DNA of 63,266 nt, counting the filler, from Deltaproteobacteria bacterium (GTDB lineage Bacteria > JAUYMQ01): the NCBI GenBank assembly GCA_030698575.1. It is 13 parts of 13 records of this genome, joined end to end, with 100 filler letters (N's around TTAATTAATTAA, not from the genome) between each part and the next. Parts side by side here need not be neighbours in the genome. Positions count along the whole stretch, not along the records: positions 28,104 to 31,911 come from JAUYMQ010000398.1; positions 32,012 to 39,965 come from JAUYMQ010000406.1; 11 more parts are not named here. The stretch is one strand, 5' to 3'. The notes beneath the pieces were generated by a model that saw only the letters and a list, made by a program, of their open reading frames with translations, was not told where the DNA came from and searched no databases. Of this stretch, positions 30,028 through 40,065 are shown piece by piece. Position 1 is the first letter of the stretch; every line of letters begins with the position of its first letter. The translations under genes and the position numbers were made by a program.

Positions 30028-30828
30028 TTAGCGTGGTCTGCGCTCGGGACACTTACGCCAGTGCTCAGGCACCGTGTATGATCGCACGAAGACGCCCCTT
30101 CCTGGGACGCAAGCCTTAGCTCTCTTGAGCTTTCGCTTCTTCGGCTTCCTTCCGAAGTCGAAGGACGCATCAGGGGGTGCTGGGCCGAAGTCAAAGGATG
30201 TATCCGAGGGAGGTTCGAATCCAAGGCTCAAGCGTCGGGCTGCTCTACGGGCTCCTCGGCGCCCCGTCCCTGTCCGGCGAGAGATGAGCACCGTCTTCTT
30301 CTTTCTCCTGACGCGCTTCATGGGCCCGAGTCTCTTCAGCGCCATGCGTATGTCGAGCAGCGACAGCTTTTCCCCGTCAGCGTCGGTCGCCCTGAACGGT
30401 GCCCCGGCGTCTGCGCGTTCCTTCGCCGCCCAATATGCCGCCTCGGGGTCATAGAAGATGCGCTTCTCGACCGTGTAGGGCATAGGGGGGATGACGAACT
30501 CCTCGCGCACTCGTCCAGAGATGACCTTCACGCGACCAGGGTATTCACGCTTCACAAAGGCTTTGATCGCCTTGCGAGCTGGGGCTACTGACCTGTAGAT
30601 CGTTGGCGTGCCGACTGGATGTCCCTGCTCGTCGATGCCGAACTCAACGCCCTCTAGTTCCTGCCGGTCAAGGTGCATAGCCGTAACGACTCGGACGCGC
30701 TTCGGCTTGGTCCTCCGGCGCTTGAAGCCGATGGTTGCATCGAGGGAGCCTGGGACGATCCAATGCTCCAGGAGACGGTTGACCGCCTTCTGGATGAGTT
30801 CCGGGTTGGATCTACGCACGGCTCCCAT
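30028..30828 (-). CDS. Highly basic hypothetical protein (virus-like contig)
   Basis: MGAVRRSNP start with GAGG RBS; Arg/Lys tracts; duplicated D(T/A)SFDFG; C-terminal VRSYTVPEHWR. Confidence 0.7.
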   Translation of the reverse strand: MGAVRRSNPELIQKAVNRLLEHWIVPGSLDATIGFKRRRTKPKRVRVVTAMHLDRQELEGVEFGIDEQGHPVGTPTIYRSVAPARKAIKAFVKREYPGRVKVISGRVREEFVIPPMPYTVEKRIFYDPEAAYWAAKERADAGAPFRATDADGEKLSLLDIRMALKRLGPMKRVRRKKKTVLISRRTGTGRRGARRAARRLSLGFEPPSDTSFDFGPAPPDASFDFGRKPKKRKLKRAKACVPGRGVFVRSYTVPEHWRKCPERRPR

Positions 30829-30836
30829 GGGAACTT

Positions 30837-31571
30837 CTAGCCTCGGTTGAGCTCCGCGGCGAGCTGCTGCGCCTCTCCTAGCGCGATCTGATAGGCGCCT
30901 CGATCCGTCTTGCCAACGCTCAGGCGTTCCCATACACGGATGATCTCGGCGACGCCCCGGGTGCGCGTTGAGATCATCTTAGGCACGCCCTCGAATCCAG
31001 GCGCGAGACGAACCACCGCCACCCTGCGGTAGTTTCCGAACCTGCCCTTCCTCGGGGAGCCGGCCGACATCACGATGTACCTCCCGTCCGTTCGGGTTCC
31101 GGGGTTCCTGCCGCGCATTCTGGCCTCGGCAACCGAGTGCCTGTCCAGTTCCGATGCGAGCCGGTTCAGCGCGGCCAGGGCCTTCCTGGCGTCCCCGGCG
31201 TAGATCGCCTTGCGCACCGCCCAGGCGTCCTTGTTGGCTGACGCGGGGAGATGGGGGTTCCGGAGCCGTGGCCGCCGGCGCTTGATGCGCCCACCTTCTC
31301 GGCCAGCCTCTTCCGCCCCGTAGGCCGCGTCGGCGTACTTGCCTCCCCGCACCCTCTCCATGTCCCGTACGGCCCGGTCGAGTTCTCGCTCGATCTTGAC
31401 GGCGCGCTGCACGTTGCCGCCCAAGCGGTAGTAGGCTGCGGCCTCGGCGAGCCTCCGGATGCGGTGCAGCGGGCCACGCTTCTTGCCGCCGGGGCCTCGC
31501 TTGGGATTGCTCCGAGAGCGCATAGCGCAACTCGAACGGCGACCCACGCGCGCCATCGGTCGTCCAGTCAT
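30837..31571 (-). CDS. Arg-rich modular protein with three NP motifs (virus-like contig)
   Basis: TGATG coupling with AGGAG RBS; RSNP, LRNP, GRNP; last module YRRVAVV...MISTRTRGV...WERLSVGKT recalled from phage hypothetical proteins. Confidence 0.7.
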   Translation of the reverse strand: MTGRPMARVGRRSSCAMRSRSNPKRGPGGKKRGPLHRIRRLAEAAAYYRLGGNVQRAVKIERELDRAVRDMERVRGGKYADAAYGAEEAGREGGRIKRRRPRLRNPHLPASANKDAWAVRKAIYAGDARKALAALNRLASELDRHSVAEARMRGRNPGTRTDGRYIVMSAGSPRKGRFGNYRRVAVVRLAPGFEGVPKMISTRTRGVAEIIRVWERLSVGKTDRGAYQIALGEAQQLAAELNRG

Positions 31572-31911
31572 CACGTTCTCCTGCGGCGCGATACGCGCCT
31601 CTCAGCGCTGCGAGGTGAAAAGGCTCTCCACAGCGTCCATGTTGCCGACAGGGCTCCCACTCCGGCAAGCGCCAGGGTGGCTGGCCAAAACCACGCTGGC
31701 GGACTCCCGTACGGTGACCATCGCGCCAGGGTGTTTCCGTGCTGCTCAAGCTCCACCTCGGGTCGCAGGAAGGGGAGGGCCGGCTTGCTCGCGTCCGATG
31801 ACGCGGCTTGCTGCTCTCCGCCCGCGAGAAGGCTACCGAGGTCGATACTGATCTCCGGCGTTACCGCCGTTCGAAACACCACGCGGGCGCCCTGGAGGCC
31901 GGCGCCGAGCA
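31571..31911 (-). CDS. Hypothetical protein with C-terminal membrane anchor (5' partial)
   Basis: Ends WFWPATLALAGVGALSATWTLWRAF followed by basic tail. Confidence 0.6.
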
Positions 31912-32105
31912 NNNNNNNNNNNNNNNNNNNNNNNNNNNNNNNNNNNNNNNNNNNNTTAATTAATTAANNNNNNNNNNNNNNNNNNNNNNNNNNNNNNNNN
32001 NNNNNNNNNNNCTCCTGGGACTGGCGTGGTGCCCACGCCCTGCTGTGTTTCCCCTCCCGCGCGGGCGGGGCCGCTCGGGGGCGCCGTCCGTTGGGAGAGT
32101 GCTAA

Positions 32106-32121
32106 TGCAAATGAGATGCCA
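32106..32121 (-). promoter_or_regulatory. Sigma54 -24/-12 promoter for a gene beyond the contig edge
   Basis: Minus strand TGGCAT-CTCAT-TTGCA (GG-N10-GC); AGGAG RBS at the contig edge about 90 nt downstream. Confidence 0.7.
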
Positions 32122-32480
32122 ACTGGCGGGTCGTCGTTCAGCCGGGCCGACGCGCGTCTGCGTCGGGACCCGCGCAGGTGAGCCAACTCTCTGAAAACAG
32201 AGGGATCGGCATGGGTGCGGCGTTGTCCCGGTGCGGGGTGCGTGACCGCTCCCGGGAGGAAAAAATCAGGCGGGAAGGGGCTGCCGGGACGTCAGACGAC
32301 GCAAAATTGTCGCCCTCGGTGACGAAATTCAGCTTCTGCTCCGACATACCGCGGTGTCTGGCGCCTGTCACGAAAGTGTATCTGCCGGACTCGCCGCGCG
32401 TCGGGGGTGCATCTGCAGAGATGGCAGACGCGGATGGATCAACTCAAATCAATCAATTCATATCAATTAACTCATTTCAG

Positions 32481-33221
32481 TTAACACATCGAGTAGCCTC
32501 CGTTCACGCTGATGGCCTGCCCGGTGATCCAGGAAGCGCGGCCGGACAGGAGGAACACGATCATGTTGGCAATGTCCAGCGGTTCGCCGAGCCGGCGCAG
32601 GGGATAGCTGCGGATCCATTTCGCTTCCATCTCCGGCGTCAGGAAGGCGGTCATCGCGGTCTTGGTGGTGCCGGGGCAAACCACGTTCACATTAATCGCG
32701 TTGCGACCGTGTTCCTTGGCGATGGATTTCGAGAAGGCGACAACAGCGCCCTTGGCCGCCGCGTAGGAGGCCATCTGCCCTTCGCCCACCTTTGCGGCGT
32801 CGCTTGCGATGTTCACGATCTGGCCGCCGTTCTGGCTTGCCATGATCGGGAGCGTGGCATGGCAGCAATTGAGCACGCCGTAGAGGCAGACGTCGATTTC
32901 GCGTTTCCAGCTCGCGGGTTCCGTCTCGACGAAACGACCGCCGGCCAGAACGCCCGCGGCGTTCACCAGCCCGTCGATGCGTCCGAACCGGCCGTGGATG
33001 TCGCCGATAGCGGCCCTGACGTCATCGAAGCGCGTCACGTCCAGACCGACGCCTGTCGCGTCGCCGCCCGTTTCCCTGGCGGCGGCCTCGGCGGCCGATG
33101 CCTCCCGATCGATCACCACGACCCGAGAGCCTTCCTTGGTCAGCAACGCCGCTGTCGCCTTTCCGATGCCCGAGGCGCCTCCGGTAACGAGCACTACCCT
33201 GTCTTTCAATAGAAGATCCAT
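32481..33221 (-). CDS. SDR oxidoreductase (FabG/BadH-like)
   Basis: TGGASGIG, NAAG, NIASDAA, YAAAKG, VCPG, ITGQAISVNGG. Confidence 0.93.
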   Translation of the reverse strand: MDLLLKDRVVLVTGGASGIGKATAALLTKEGSRVVVIDREASAAEAAARETGGDATGVGLDVTRFDDVRAAIGDIHGRFGRIDGLVNAAGVLAGGRFVETEPASWKREIDVCLYGVLNCCHATLPIMASQNGGQIVNIASDAAKVGEGQMASYAAAKGAVVAFSKSIAKEHGRNAINVNVVCPGTTKTAMTAFLTPEMEAKWIRSYPLRRLGEPLDIANMIVFLLSGRASWITGQAISVNGGYSMC

Positions 33222-33236
33222 GAGCGGTCTTTCCTT

Positions 33237-33299
33237 CACAATTGCGGCGCTTGTAGCGCCGCGGGCCTGCACAGTTGCGGCGCTTGCAGCGCCGCGGGC
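33237..33299. repeat. Tandem 30-bp duplication containing GC hairpins
   Basis: CACA(A/G)TTGCGGCGCTTG(T/C)AGCGCCGCGGGC at 33237 and 33270. Confidence 0.75.
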
Positions 33300-33457
33300 G
33301 GCGCAAACGCCGGCGCGTTTGTCTGTTGTTCATACTACTCGACGGGCGAAGATGAGGGCCAGTCGCGCGGCCGGCTCCATGTTCGGGCAGGCGGTGCGCG
33401 TTGACGCTCGCGCCTCCCTTCTGATACTACTTTGTCTCATCGAATCGCGAGGGCGTT

Positions 33458-34093
33458 GTGCGCATTGTCGGCGGAACCGCGCGTGGCAGGGCGCTCCTGG
33501 GGCCGCCGAAGAACCTTCAGCTCCGGCCCACATCCGACAAGGTGCGCGAGGCCGTCTTCGACGTTCTGGCCGCCGGGAAGGGCGGAGCGATCTCGGGGCG
33601 CGCCATCGACCTGTTCGCGGGAACGGGCGGCTACGGCATCGAGGCGCTCTCTCGAGGCGCATCGGATGTCGTGTTCGTCGATAGGAGCCCGGCAGCCTGC
33701 GCCCTCATTCGTGAGAATCTCCAACGCCTTGATCTCGAGGAGCGCGGCCGGGTGCACGCCGGCGACACAGAGCGGCTGATTAGTCGCCTCGCGTCATCGG
33801 GGGAACGCCCCTTCGATCTGGCTTTCATTGATCCCCCCTACGGCGAGGGGGCGGCCGCGCCGGCCGCGGAGCGCCTTCTGGAGGAAGGACTTCTCGCGCC
33901 GGACGGTATCGTCGTCATCGAATCGAGCGTGCGGGAGACCGTGGACACGCCGCCGGCCCTGGAGGCCTTCCGCCAAAAGCGCTACGGTGACACCTGTATC
34001 GCGTTTCTCCGGCCGGCCGGGCAGTCCTCCGGCACTGCCAGCCGTTCCAACCCGGGCAAACCGGCAAAGCCGGCTGCGGGGGCTTCGTCATGA
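33458..34093 (+). CDS. rsmD: 16S rRNA m2G966 methyltransferase
   Basis: MRIVGG, RPTSDKVREAVF, DLFAGTG, EALSRGA, DPPY, YGDT; adjacent to coaD. Confidence 0.96.
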   Translation: MRIVGGTARGRALLGPPKNLQLRPTSDKVREAVFDVLAAGKGGAISGRAIDLFAGTGGYGIEALSRGASDVVFVDRSPAACALIRENLQRLDLEERGRVHAGDTERLISRLASSGERPFDLAFIDPPYGEGAAAPAAERLLEEGLLAPDGIVVIESSVRETVDTPPALEAFRQKRYGDTCIAFLRPAGQSSGTASRSNPGKPAKPAAGASS

Positions 34094-34596
34094 AAAGCGG
34101 TTCAAGCGTCGCGGTCTACCCCGGATCTTTCGATCCGATCACTTACGGCCACGTCGACATCGTCGATCGCACGCTCGCGATCTTTCCCGAGCTGATAGTC
34201 GGGGTCGCGAACAATCCCAGCAAGAAGGGGATCTTCTCGGTTGCCGAAAGGATCGAGTTGATCAGCGAATCGCTGAAGGATCGAAAGGGGGTCCGGGTCG
34301 AGAGCTTCGAGGGGCTGCTGGTCGACTTCTGCAAAGAGCGCGGCGCGGCAGTGATCATCCGTGGTCTCCGGGCACTCTCGGACTTCGAGTTCGAGTTCCA
34401 GATGGCCATGATGAACCAGCGTATGCGCCCCGAGGGCGAGACCGTGTTCATGATGACCGGCCCGCAGTACTTCTACCTGAGTTCGAGCATCATCAAGGAA
34501 GTGGTCCAGTTCGGCGGCGACGTGGGAGGGCTGGTGCCCGAGGTCGTCAATGAAAGGCTCAAGTCCTATCACGGCCGGAAACTGAGCGGCCGTTAA
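34090..34596 (+). CDS. coaD: Pantetheine-phosphate adenylyltransferase
   Basis: YPGSFDPITYGH, IRGLR..SDFEFE, LSSS. Confidence 0.98.
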   Translation: MKSGSSVAVYPGSFDPITYGHVDIVDRTLAIFPELIVGVANNPSKKGIFSVAERIELISESLKDRKGVRVESFEGLLVDFCKERGAAVIIRGLRALSDFEFEFQMAMMNQRMRPEGETVFMMTGPQYFYLSSSIIKEVVQFGGDVGGLVPEVVNERLKSYHGRKLSGR

Positions 34597-34628
34597 GCGG
34601 GCCAGGGTTATCTCCTAGGAGGAAAGCC

Positions 34629-35819
34629 GTGCTCTCCAATCGTGTGAAGCTCATAAAGCCTTCGCCCACCCTCGCGATTACGGCCAAGGCCAAGGCGATG
34701 CAGGCGGAGGGGATTGACGTCGTGGGCTTCGGTGCCGGCGAGCCCGACTTCGACACGCCCGAGCACGTGAAGGAGGCCGCCATTGCGGCTATTCGCGCCG
34801 GGTTCACCAAGTACACCGCGACAGGGGGCATCCCCGAGCTGAAGCAGGCGATTATCAACAAACTCGCGCGGGACGGCGGGATCTCCTGCGAGCCCGCCGA
34901 GATTCTCGTCTCGGTCGGCGGCAAGCACAGCTTCTACAATCTTGCGCAGACGCTGTTCCAGGAAGGCGACGAAGTGATCATCCCGGCGCCCTACTGGGTT
35001 TCCTATCCGCCGATGGTCACGCTGGCGGGGGCGACGCCGGTCATCATCGAGACCGACGAGAAGACCGAGTTCAAAATCTCCCCCGAGCAGCTCAACCGCG
35101 CGATCACTCCGAAGACGAAGGCGGTAGTCCTGTGCAGTCCCTCCAATCCCACGGGGTCGGCCTACGAGAAGGCCGAGCTGGAGGCGCTTGCCGCGGTGAT
35201 CCTGGACAAGAGTATTTTTGTCATCAGTGACGAGATCTACGAGAAATTCACCTACGACGGGTTTGCATGGTCGAGCATCGCCAGCCTGGGCCCCGAGATC
35301 CGGCGGCGAACCTTCATTCTCAACGCCGTATCGAAGACCTACTCGATGACCGGCTGGCGAATCGGCTTCGCCGTCGGAGACCGGGAGGTCATCGCGGCGA
35401 TGAACCGCATACAGGATCAGAGCACGTCCAACCCGGTCTCGATCAGCCAGAAGGCGGCCATCGCCGCGCTCGAGGGTCCGCAGGATTGCGTCACCATAAT
35501 GCTGAGGGAGTTCGAGAAGCGACGCCGGGTCATGGTGGAGGGTCTCAACGCCGTCGAGGGGATCTCCTGCCTCTGGCCGAAGGGCGCCTTCTACGTATTC
35601 CCGAACGTCTCGGCGCTGTACGGCCGCAAGTTCGGCGAAAAAACGATCGACGGCTCGACTTCGTTCACGGAGTACCTGCTGGACTCGGCGCGCGTGGCCG
35701 TCGTGCCGGGCGATGGTTTCGGCGCCGACGGCTACGTGCGGCTCTCATACGCGACGAGCATGGCGACGATCGAGAAAGGGCTGGCGCGGATCGCCGAGGC
35801 GGTGTCTCGTCTGACGTGA
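34629..35819 (+). CDS. Class I PLP-dependent aspartate aminotransferase
   Basis: GEPDFDTP, PYWVSY, PSNPTG, DEIY, SKTYSMTGWRIG, GAFY. Confidence 0.95.
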   Translation: MLSNRVKLIKPSPTLAITAKAKAMQAEGIDVVGFGAGEPDFDTPEHVKEAAIAAIRAGFTKYTATGGIPELKQAIINKLARDGGISCEPAEILVSVGGKHSFYNLAQTLFQEGDEVIIPAPYWVSYPPMVTLAGATPVIIETDEKTEFKISPEQLNRAITPKTKAVVLCSPSNPTGSAYEKAELEALAAVILDKSIFVISDEIYEKFTYDGFAWSSIASLGPEIRRRTFILNAVSKTYSMTGWRIGFAVGDREVIAAMNRIQDQSTSNPVSISQKAAIAALEGPQDCVTIMLREFEKRRRVMVEGLNAVEGISCLWPKGAFYVFPNVSALYGRKFGEKTIDGSTSFTEYLLDSARVAVVPGDGFGADGYVRLSYATSMATIEKGLARIAEAVSRLT

Positions 35820-35838
35820 CCACCCTGGTTTCCAAGTG

Positions 35839-35876
35839 AAAGGCCCGGCGGCGTCTGCCGTCGGGCCTTTTTCTTT
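35839..35876. terminator. Intrinsic terminator between convergent genes
   Basis: AAAGGCCCGGCGGC-loop-GCCGTCGGGCCTTTTT. Confidence 0.8.
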
Positions 35877-35891
35877 GGCGGCGAGCGCGGC

Positions 35892-36386
35892 TCATCCGCC
35901 CGGAAGTCGTCCAGTCCGGCCGGGAAGGAACTCGCTCCCATCGGCCTTCCACCGGAAATAGTCCTCGAGGATTGCGGCGTGATCGAAGACGAGCGGGGAG
36001 GGCAGCCGTTCCTGCGTGAAGACCTCGGCCTTCGCCGCGTCGTCCGCCGCGTGGAGCGCGGCGGACGAGCAGGGGCGCCCCACGTAGACTGCGGTAATCG
36101 TGTGGCGGCGCGCATCCCGGGACGGGTCGGAGTAGGTTCCCAGCTGGTGGATGAGCTCGACGTCGAGCCCCGTTTCCTCCCTTGCTTCGCGGACCGCGCA
36201 TTCTTCGAGGCTCTCACCATAATCGACGAAGCCCCCCGGTATCGCCCAGCCCAGCGGATCGTTCCTGCGCTCGATGAGCACGATTCCGCCTTCCGGCATC
36301 TCGACGATCACGTCGGCCGTGGGCGCGGGGTTCCGGTAGCTCTCCACCACGGCGCCGCAAGCGTCACAGCGCAGGTCCTTCCGCAT
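35892..36386 (-). CDS. NUDIX hydrolase (ADP-ribose pyrophosphatase-like)
   Basis: [24 protein letters not shown] Nudix box; YRNP; SDPSRD; FDH. Confidence 0.95.
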   Translation of the reverse strand: MRKDLRCDACGAVVESYRNPAPTADVIVEMPEGGIVLIERRNDPLGWAIPGGFVDYGESLEECAVREAREETGLDVELIHQLGTYSDPSRDARRHTITAVYVGRPCSSAALHAADDAAKAEVFTQERLPSPLVFDHAAILEDYFRWKADGSEFLPGRTGRLPGG

Positions 36387-36535
36387 TGCTTTCCTCCCTC
36401 TCGTATTGTCCCCATGGGCTCCGCGCGGGCGCCCTGCCGGCCGTGCTGAAAGCTCAACATATCATGAGGGTCCTCCGCGCCGGGGTCGCGGGGCGAGCGG
36501 CCTCCTAAGCTTACCCGCTTTATCAGCTTTACACA

Positions 36536-36564
36536 TTGACACCCGGGGGGGGCTCACCTATGCT
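36536..36564 (+). promoter_or_regulatory. Sigma70 promoter of coaBC
   Basis: TTGACA-17 nt-TATGCT. Confidence 0.7.
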
Positions 36565-36631
36565 TTTTTTGAGCGCGGGTGATCCGCCGCCGGCAGGGAC
36601 CGCCGGCCCGGTTTCTCGCGTGGAGTCATGC

Positions 36632-37858
36632 ATGTCCTCCGGAAGCGTCCTGTCGGAAAAGCGAATTCTCCTTGGCGTCAGCGGGGGTATTGCGGCCTAC
36701 AAGGCGGCCGAGGTGGTCAGATCCGCGATGCGCGCGGGCGCGGAGGTTCGCGTCATCCTCACTTCTGGCGGCGCCAGGTTTGTGACGGCCCTGACATTCC
36801 AGGCCCTCACCCAGAATCCCGTCTCCACCAATCTCTTTGACCCAGGACAGGAGCAGGAGATCGGCCATATTGATCTGGCCGACTGGGCGGATCTTCTTCT
36901 CATCGCGCCTGCGACGGCCAACGTGATCGCCCGCCTGGCGATGGGCATGGCCGACGATCTGCTCACGACGGTGGCGCTCGCCACGCGAGCCCCGCTTGTT
37001 CTCGCCCCCGCGATGAACGTCCACATGTACCGTCACGCCGCCGTCCAGCGAAATATCAAGGAGCTCCGGAACGGGGGCGCCCACGTCGTCGATCCCGCCG
37101 AAGGAGAGATGGCTTGTGGCCATGTCGGGGAAGGGCGGCTCGCCGACACGGAGGATATTCTGGATGGGGCGGCCCGGGCGATCTCGACGCAGGATCTGTC
37201 CGGCGTTGCACTCCTCGTTACGGCGGGCCCTACCGAGGAGCCCATAGACCCGGTGCGCGTGATTTCGAACCGCTCTTCGGGAAAGATGGGATACGCGCTG
37301 GCGCGGGCCGCCTGGCGGCGAGGCGCTGATGTGACGCTTATCTCGGGACCGGTGGATCCCGGGCTGCGCGTTCCCCGGGGGGTGAGGCTGAGGCGCGTCG
37401 AAACGGCGCTGGAGATGGGCGATGCGGTGCTGGAGCACTATCCCAAGGCTTCGGTCGTCGTGATGGCCGCCGCCGTGGCGGACTGGACGCCCGATTCGGT
37501 GTCTTCCTTGAAGATCAAGAAGGGCGAAGGAAATCTCCGTCTCGATCTGAAACAAACGCGGGACATCCTTTCGCAACTCGGCCGTGCGAAAGGCGATCGC
37601 CTTCTCGTCGGGTTTGCGGCCGAGACCGATCGCGTGATCGAAAATGCTCGAAAGAAGCTCGAAGGAAAGAACCTGGATCTTGTTGTGGCCAACGACGTAA
37701 CCGTTGATGGCGCCGGGTTCGGCGTGGACACGAACCAGGTTGTCATTCTCGATCGGGACGGGACTGAACGGCCGCTACCGCTCCTTTCCAAGGAACGCAC
37801 CGCCGATGCGATTCTCGACTCTGTTTCCGCGCTTCTGTCGCCCCGGGCGCGGTCTTAG
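36632..37858 (+). CDS. coaBC: Bifunctional PPC decarboxylase / PPC synthetase
   Basis: GGIAAYK, APATAN, PAMN, ACG..G.GRL, TAGPT.E.IDPVR..SNRSSGKMG, VGFAAET. Confidence 0.97.
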   Translation: MSSGSVLSEKRILLGVSGGIAAYKAAEVVRSAMRAGAEVRVILTSGGARFVTALTFQALTQNPVSTNLFDPGQEQEIGHIDLADWADLLLIAPATANVIARLAMGMADDLLTTVALATRAPLVLAPAMNVHMYRHAAVQRNIKELRNGGAHVVDPAEGEMACGHVGEGRLADTEDILDGAARAISTQDLSGVALLVTAGPTEEPIDPVRVISNRSSGKMGYALARAAWRRGADVTLISGPVDPGLRVPRGVRLRRVETALEMGDAVLEHYPKASVVVMAAAVADWTPDSVSSLKIKKGEGNLRLDLKQTRDILSQLGRAKGDRLLVGFAAETDRVIENARKKLEGKNLDLVVANDVTVDGAGFGVDTNQVVILDRDGTERPLPLLSKERTADAILDSVSALLSPRARS

Positions 37859-37889
37859 GAAGTACTCGCCGCAGGGCAGAAGTCTTGAC

Positions 37890-39206
37890 GTGCGCCTTCG
37901 TCGCGCGCTGACGGCTGTCCTGGCTGCCGTGCTTCTTTTTTCCTCGGTCCAGGAGCCTGACTCCGCAACGCGGAATGCCGTTCACCGGATGGTGATAAAC
38001 GGAACAATCAACCCCGCCACATCCGACTTTCTCAGAAAATCGATCGAAGCCGCCCGTCAGGACGGGCGTGCCCCCTTGCTCATCGAGCTCGACACGCCGG
38101 GAGGCATCCTGGTGAGCACGCAGAACATGGTCGAGCAGATCCTCAATAGCCCTGTCCCGATCGTGGTCTTCGTCTCGCCGAAGGGGGCGCGGGCTGCCAG
38201 CGCGGGTACGTTCATTCTGATGTCGGCCCACGTGGCCGCCATGGCGCCCGGAACCCGGGTGGGGGCCGCCCATCCCGTATCCGCGGGCGGGGGGGAGATG
38301 GGGAAGGACATGGCGGCGAAGGTGGAGGAGGACACGGCGGCCTTCATCGCGAGCATCGCGAAGCAGCGGGGGCGGAACGCCGAATGGGCGGTGAGCGCCG
38401 TGCGCGAATCAAAGGCGATTACCGATGATGAAGCGCTGAAGCTCAACGTGGTGGACCTCGTGGCGGCGAACACGAAGGCATTGCTCGGCCTCATCGACGG
38501 AAAGACCGTCAAGCTCGACGGTGAAGATCTGACGCTTCGCACGAAGGACGCAAAGCTCGTAACGCACGAGATGAGCTTCATCAACCGAATCATCGACACG
38601 ATCTCGCATCCCAACATCGCCGTTCTACTCTTTCTCGGCGGCCTCCTGGGCCTCTACGTGGAGTTCACCCAGCCCGGTCTGATCTTCCCCGGGGTGGCCG
38701 GAGTCCTCTCCATCATACTTTTCGGCCTCGCAGCGGAGGTTCTTCCCATGAACTCCGCCGGCTTCCTGTTAGTCTTGCTTGGTGTTGTCCTTCTCGTCGC
38801 GGAGGTTTTTGTCACCAGCTTCGGGCTGCTCTTCACAGGCGGGATTATCTCGCTGACGCTCGGCCTTCTTATCGTGTTCGATACCCCCGCCGAATCGGAT
38901 CTCCGGGTATCCTTCTGGTCGGTCCTGTTTCCGGCGGTCCTCGGGGTGAGTCTCTTCGGCGGGGTTGTGGCCTACGGCGTGACGCGGAGCCTTCTCCGGC
39001 CCCAGCGCAGCGGGATCGAAGGGTTTATAGGCACCCGGGGTGAGGCGCGAAGCGACCTTTCGACGGGAGGCGGAAAAGTTTTCATCGTCGGCGAGTGGTG
39101 GGATGCCGTCAGCGAAGAGCATATCCAAACGGGCGAGCCGATCGAGGTGATTGGCCTCGATGGCATGGTTCTCAACGTGAAAAAAGTGAAGGAGGATTCA
39201 AAGTGA
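37890..39206 (+). CDS. nfeD: NfeD membrane-bound serine protease (ClpP class)
   Basis: LDTPGG, AASAG, GAAHPV, TM region, C-terminal OB fold GEWWDA; start uncertain. Confidence 0.92.
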   Translation: MRLRRALTAVLAAVLLFSSVQEPDSATRNAVHRMVINGTINPATSDFLRKSIEAARQDGRAPLLIELDTPGGILVSTQNMVEQILNSPVPIVVFVSPKGARAASAGTFILMSAHVAAMAPGTRVGAAHPVSAGGGEMGKDMAAKVEEDTAAFIASIAKQRGRNAEWAVSAVRESKAITDDEALKLNVVDLVAANTKALLGLIDGKTVKLDGEDLTLRTKDAKLVTHEMSFINRIIDTISHPNIAVLLFLGGLLGLYVEFTQPGLIFPGVAGVLSIILFGLAAEVLPMNSAGFLLVLLGVVLLVAEVFVTSFGLLFTGGIISLTLGLLIVFDTPAESDLRVSFWSVLFPAVLGVSLFGGVVAYGVTRSLLRPQRSGIEGFIGTRGEARSDLSTGGGKVFIVGEWWDAVSEEHIQTGEPIEVIGLDGMVLNVKKVKEDSK

Positions 39207-39958
39207 GCCCCTGGCTGATTTTCGTAGGAGTTGTCACTCTGCTTTTCATTTCCGGGGTCCGGATCTTCTACGAGTACGAGCGCGGCGTTGTCTTCAGGCT
39301 CGGCCGTCTGTCGGCCATGAAGGGCGCCGGATTCCGCTGGATCATTCCGGGCGTCGACCGCGTCGTGCGGGTGGATCTCCGGATTGTGACAATGGACGTG
39401 CCGTCGCAGGACGTGATCACCCGAGACAACGTCACGATCAAGGTGAATGCCGTTGTCTACTTCAGAGTGCTCGATCCGAACAAGGCCACCATCGCGGTGA
39501 ATAACTATCTCTATGCCACCAGTCAGCTGGCTCAGACGACCCTCCGTTCGGTCCTGGGCGAATCGGAGCTGGATGAGCTGTTGACCAGCCGCGAGACGAT
39601 CAACCATAAGCTGCAGGAGATCCTCGACCGGCAGACCGACGCCTGGGGGATCAAGATCTCACAGGTGGAAGTGAAGCACATCGATCTGCCGCAGGAAATG
39701 CAGCGCGCCATGGCGCGCCAGGCGGAAGCGGAGCGTGAGCGCCGCGGGAAGGTCATTGCCGCCGAGGGAGAGTATCAGGCGGCGGAGCGGCTCAACGACG
39801 CCGCCATGATCATGTCCAAGAACCCGATTACCATTCAACTGCGCTACCTTCAGACGCTGGGGGAGATCGCCTCCGAGACCAATTCGGTCACGCTCTTCCC
39901 CATCCCAATCGACATCATCCAGGGCTTCCTGGATATGAAGAAGAACATCGGGGCCTGA
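39203..39958 (+). CDS. Slipin/stomatin (SPFH) family protein
   Basis: [55 protein letters not shown]. Confidence 0.96.
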   Translation: MSPWLIFVGVVTLLFISGVRIFYEYERGVVFRLGRLSAMKGAGFRWIIPGVDRVVRVDLRIVTMDVPSQDVITRDNVTIKVNAVVYFRVLDPNKATIAVNNYLYATSQLAQTTLRSVLGESELDELLTSRETINHKLQEILDRQTDAWGIKISQVEVKHIDLPQEMQRAMARQAEAERERRGKVIAAEGEYQAAERLNDAAMIMSKNPITIQLRYLQTLGEIASETNSVTLFPIPIDIIQGFLDMKKNIGA

Positions 39959-40065
39959 GGCGCTTNNNNNNNNNNNNNNNNNNNNNNNNNNNNNNNNNNN
40001 NNNNNNNNNTTAATTAATTAANNNNNNNNNNNNNNNNNNNNNNNNNNNNNNNNNNNNNNNNNNNN

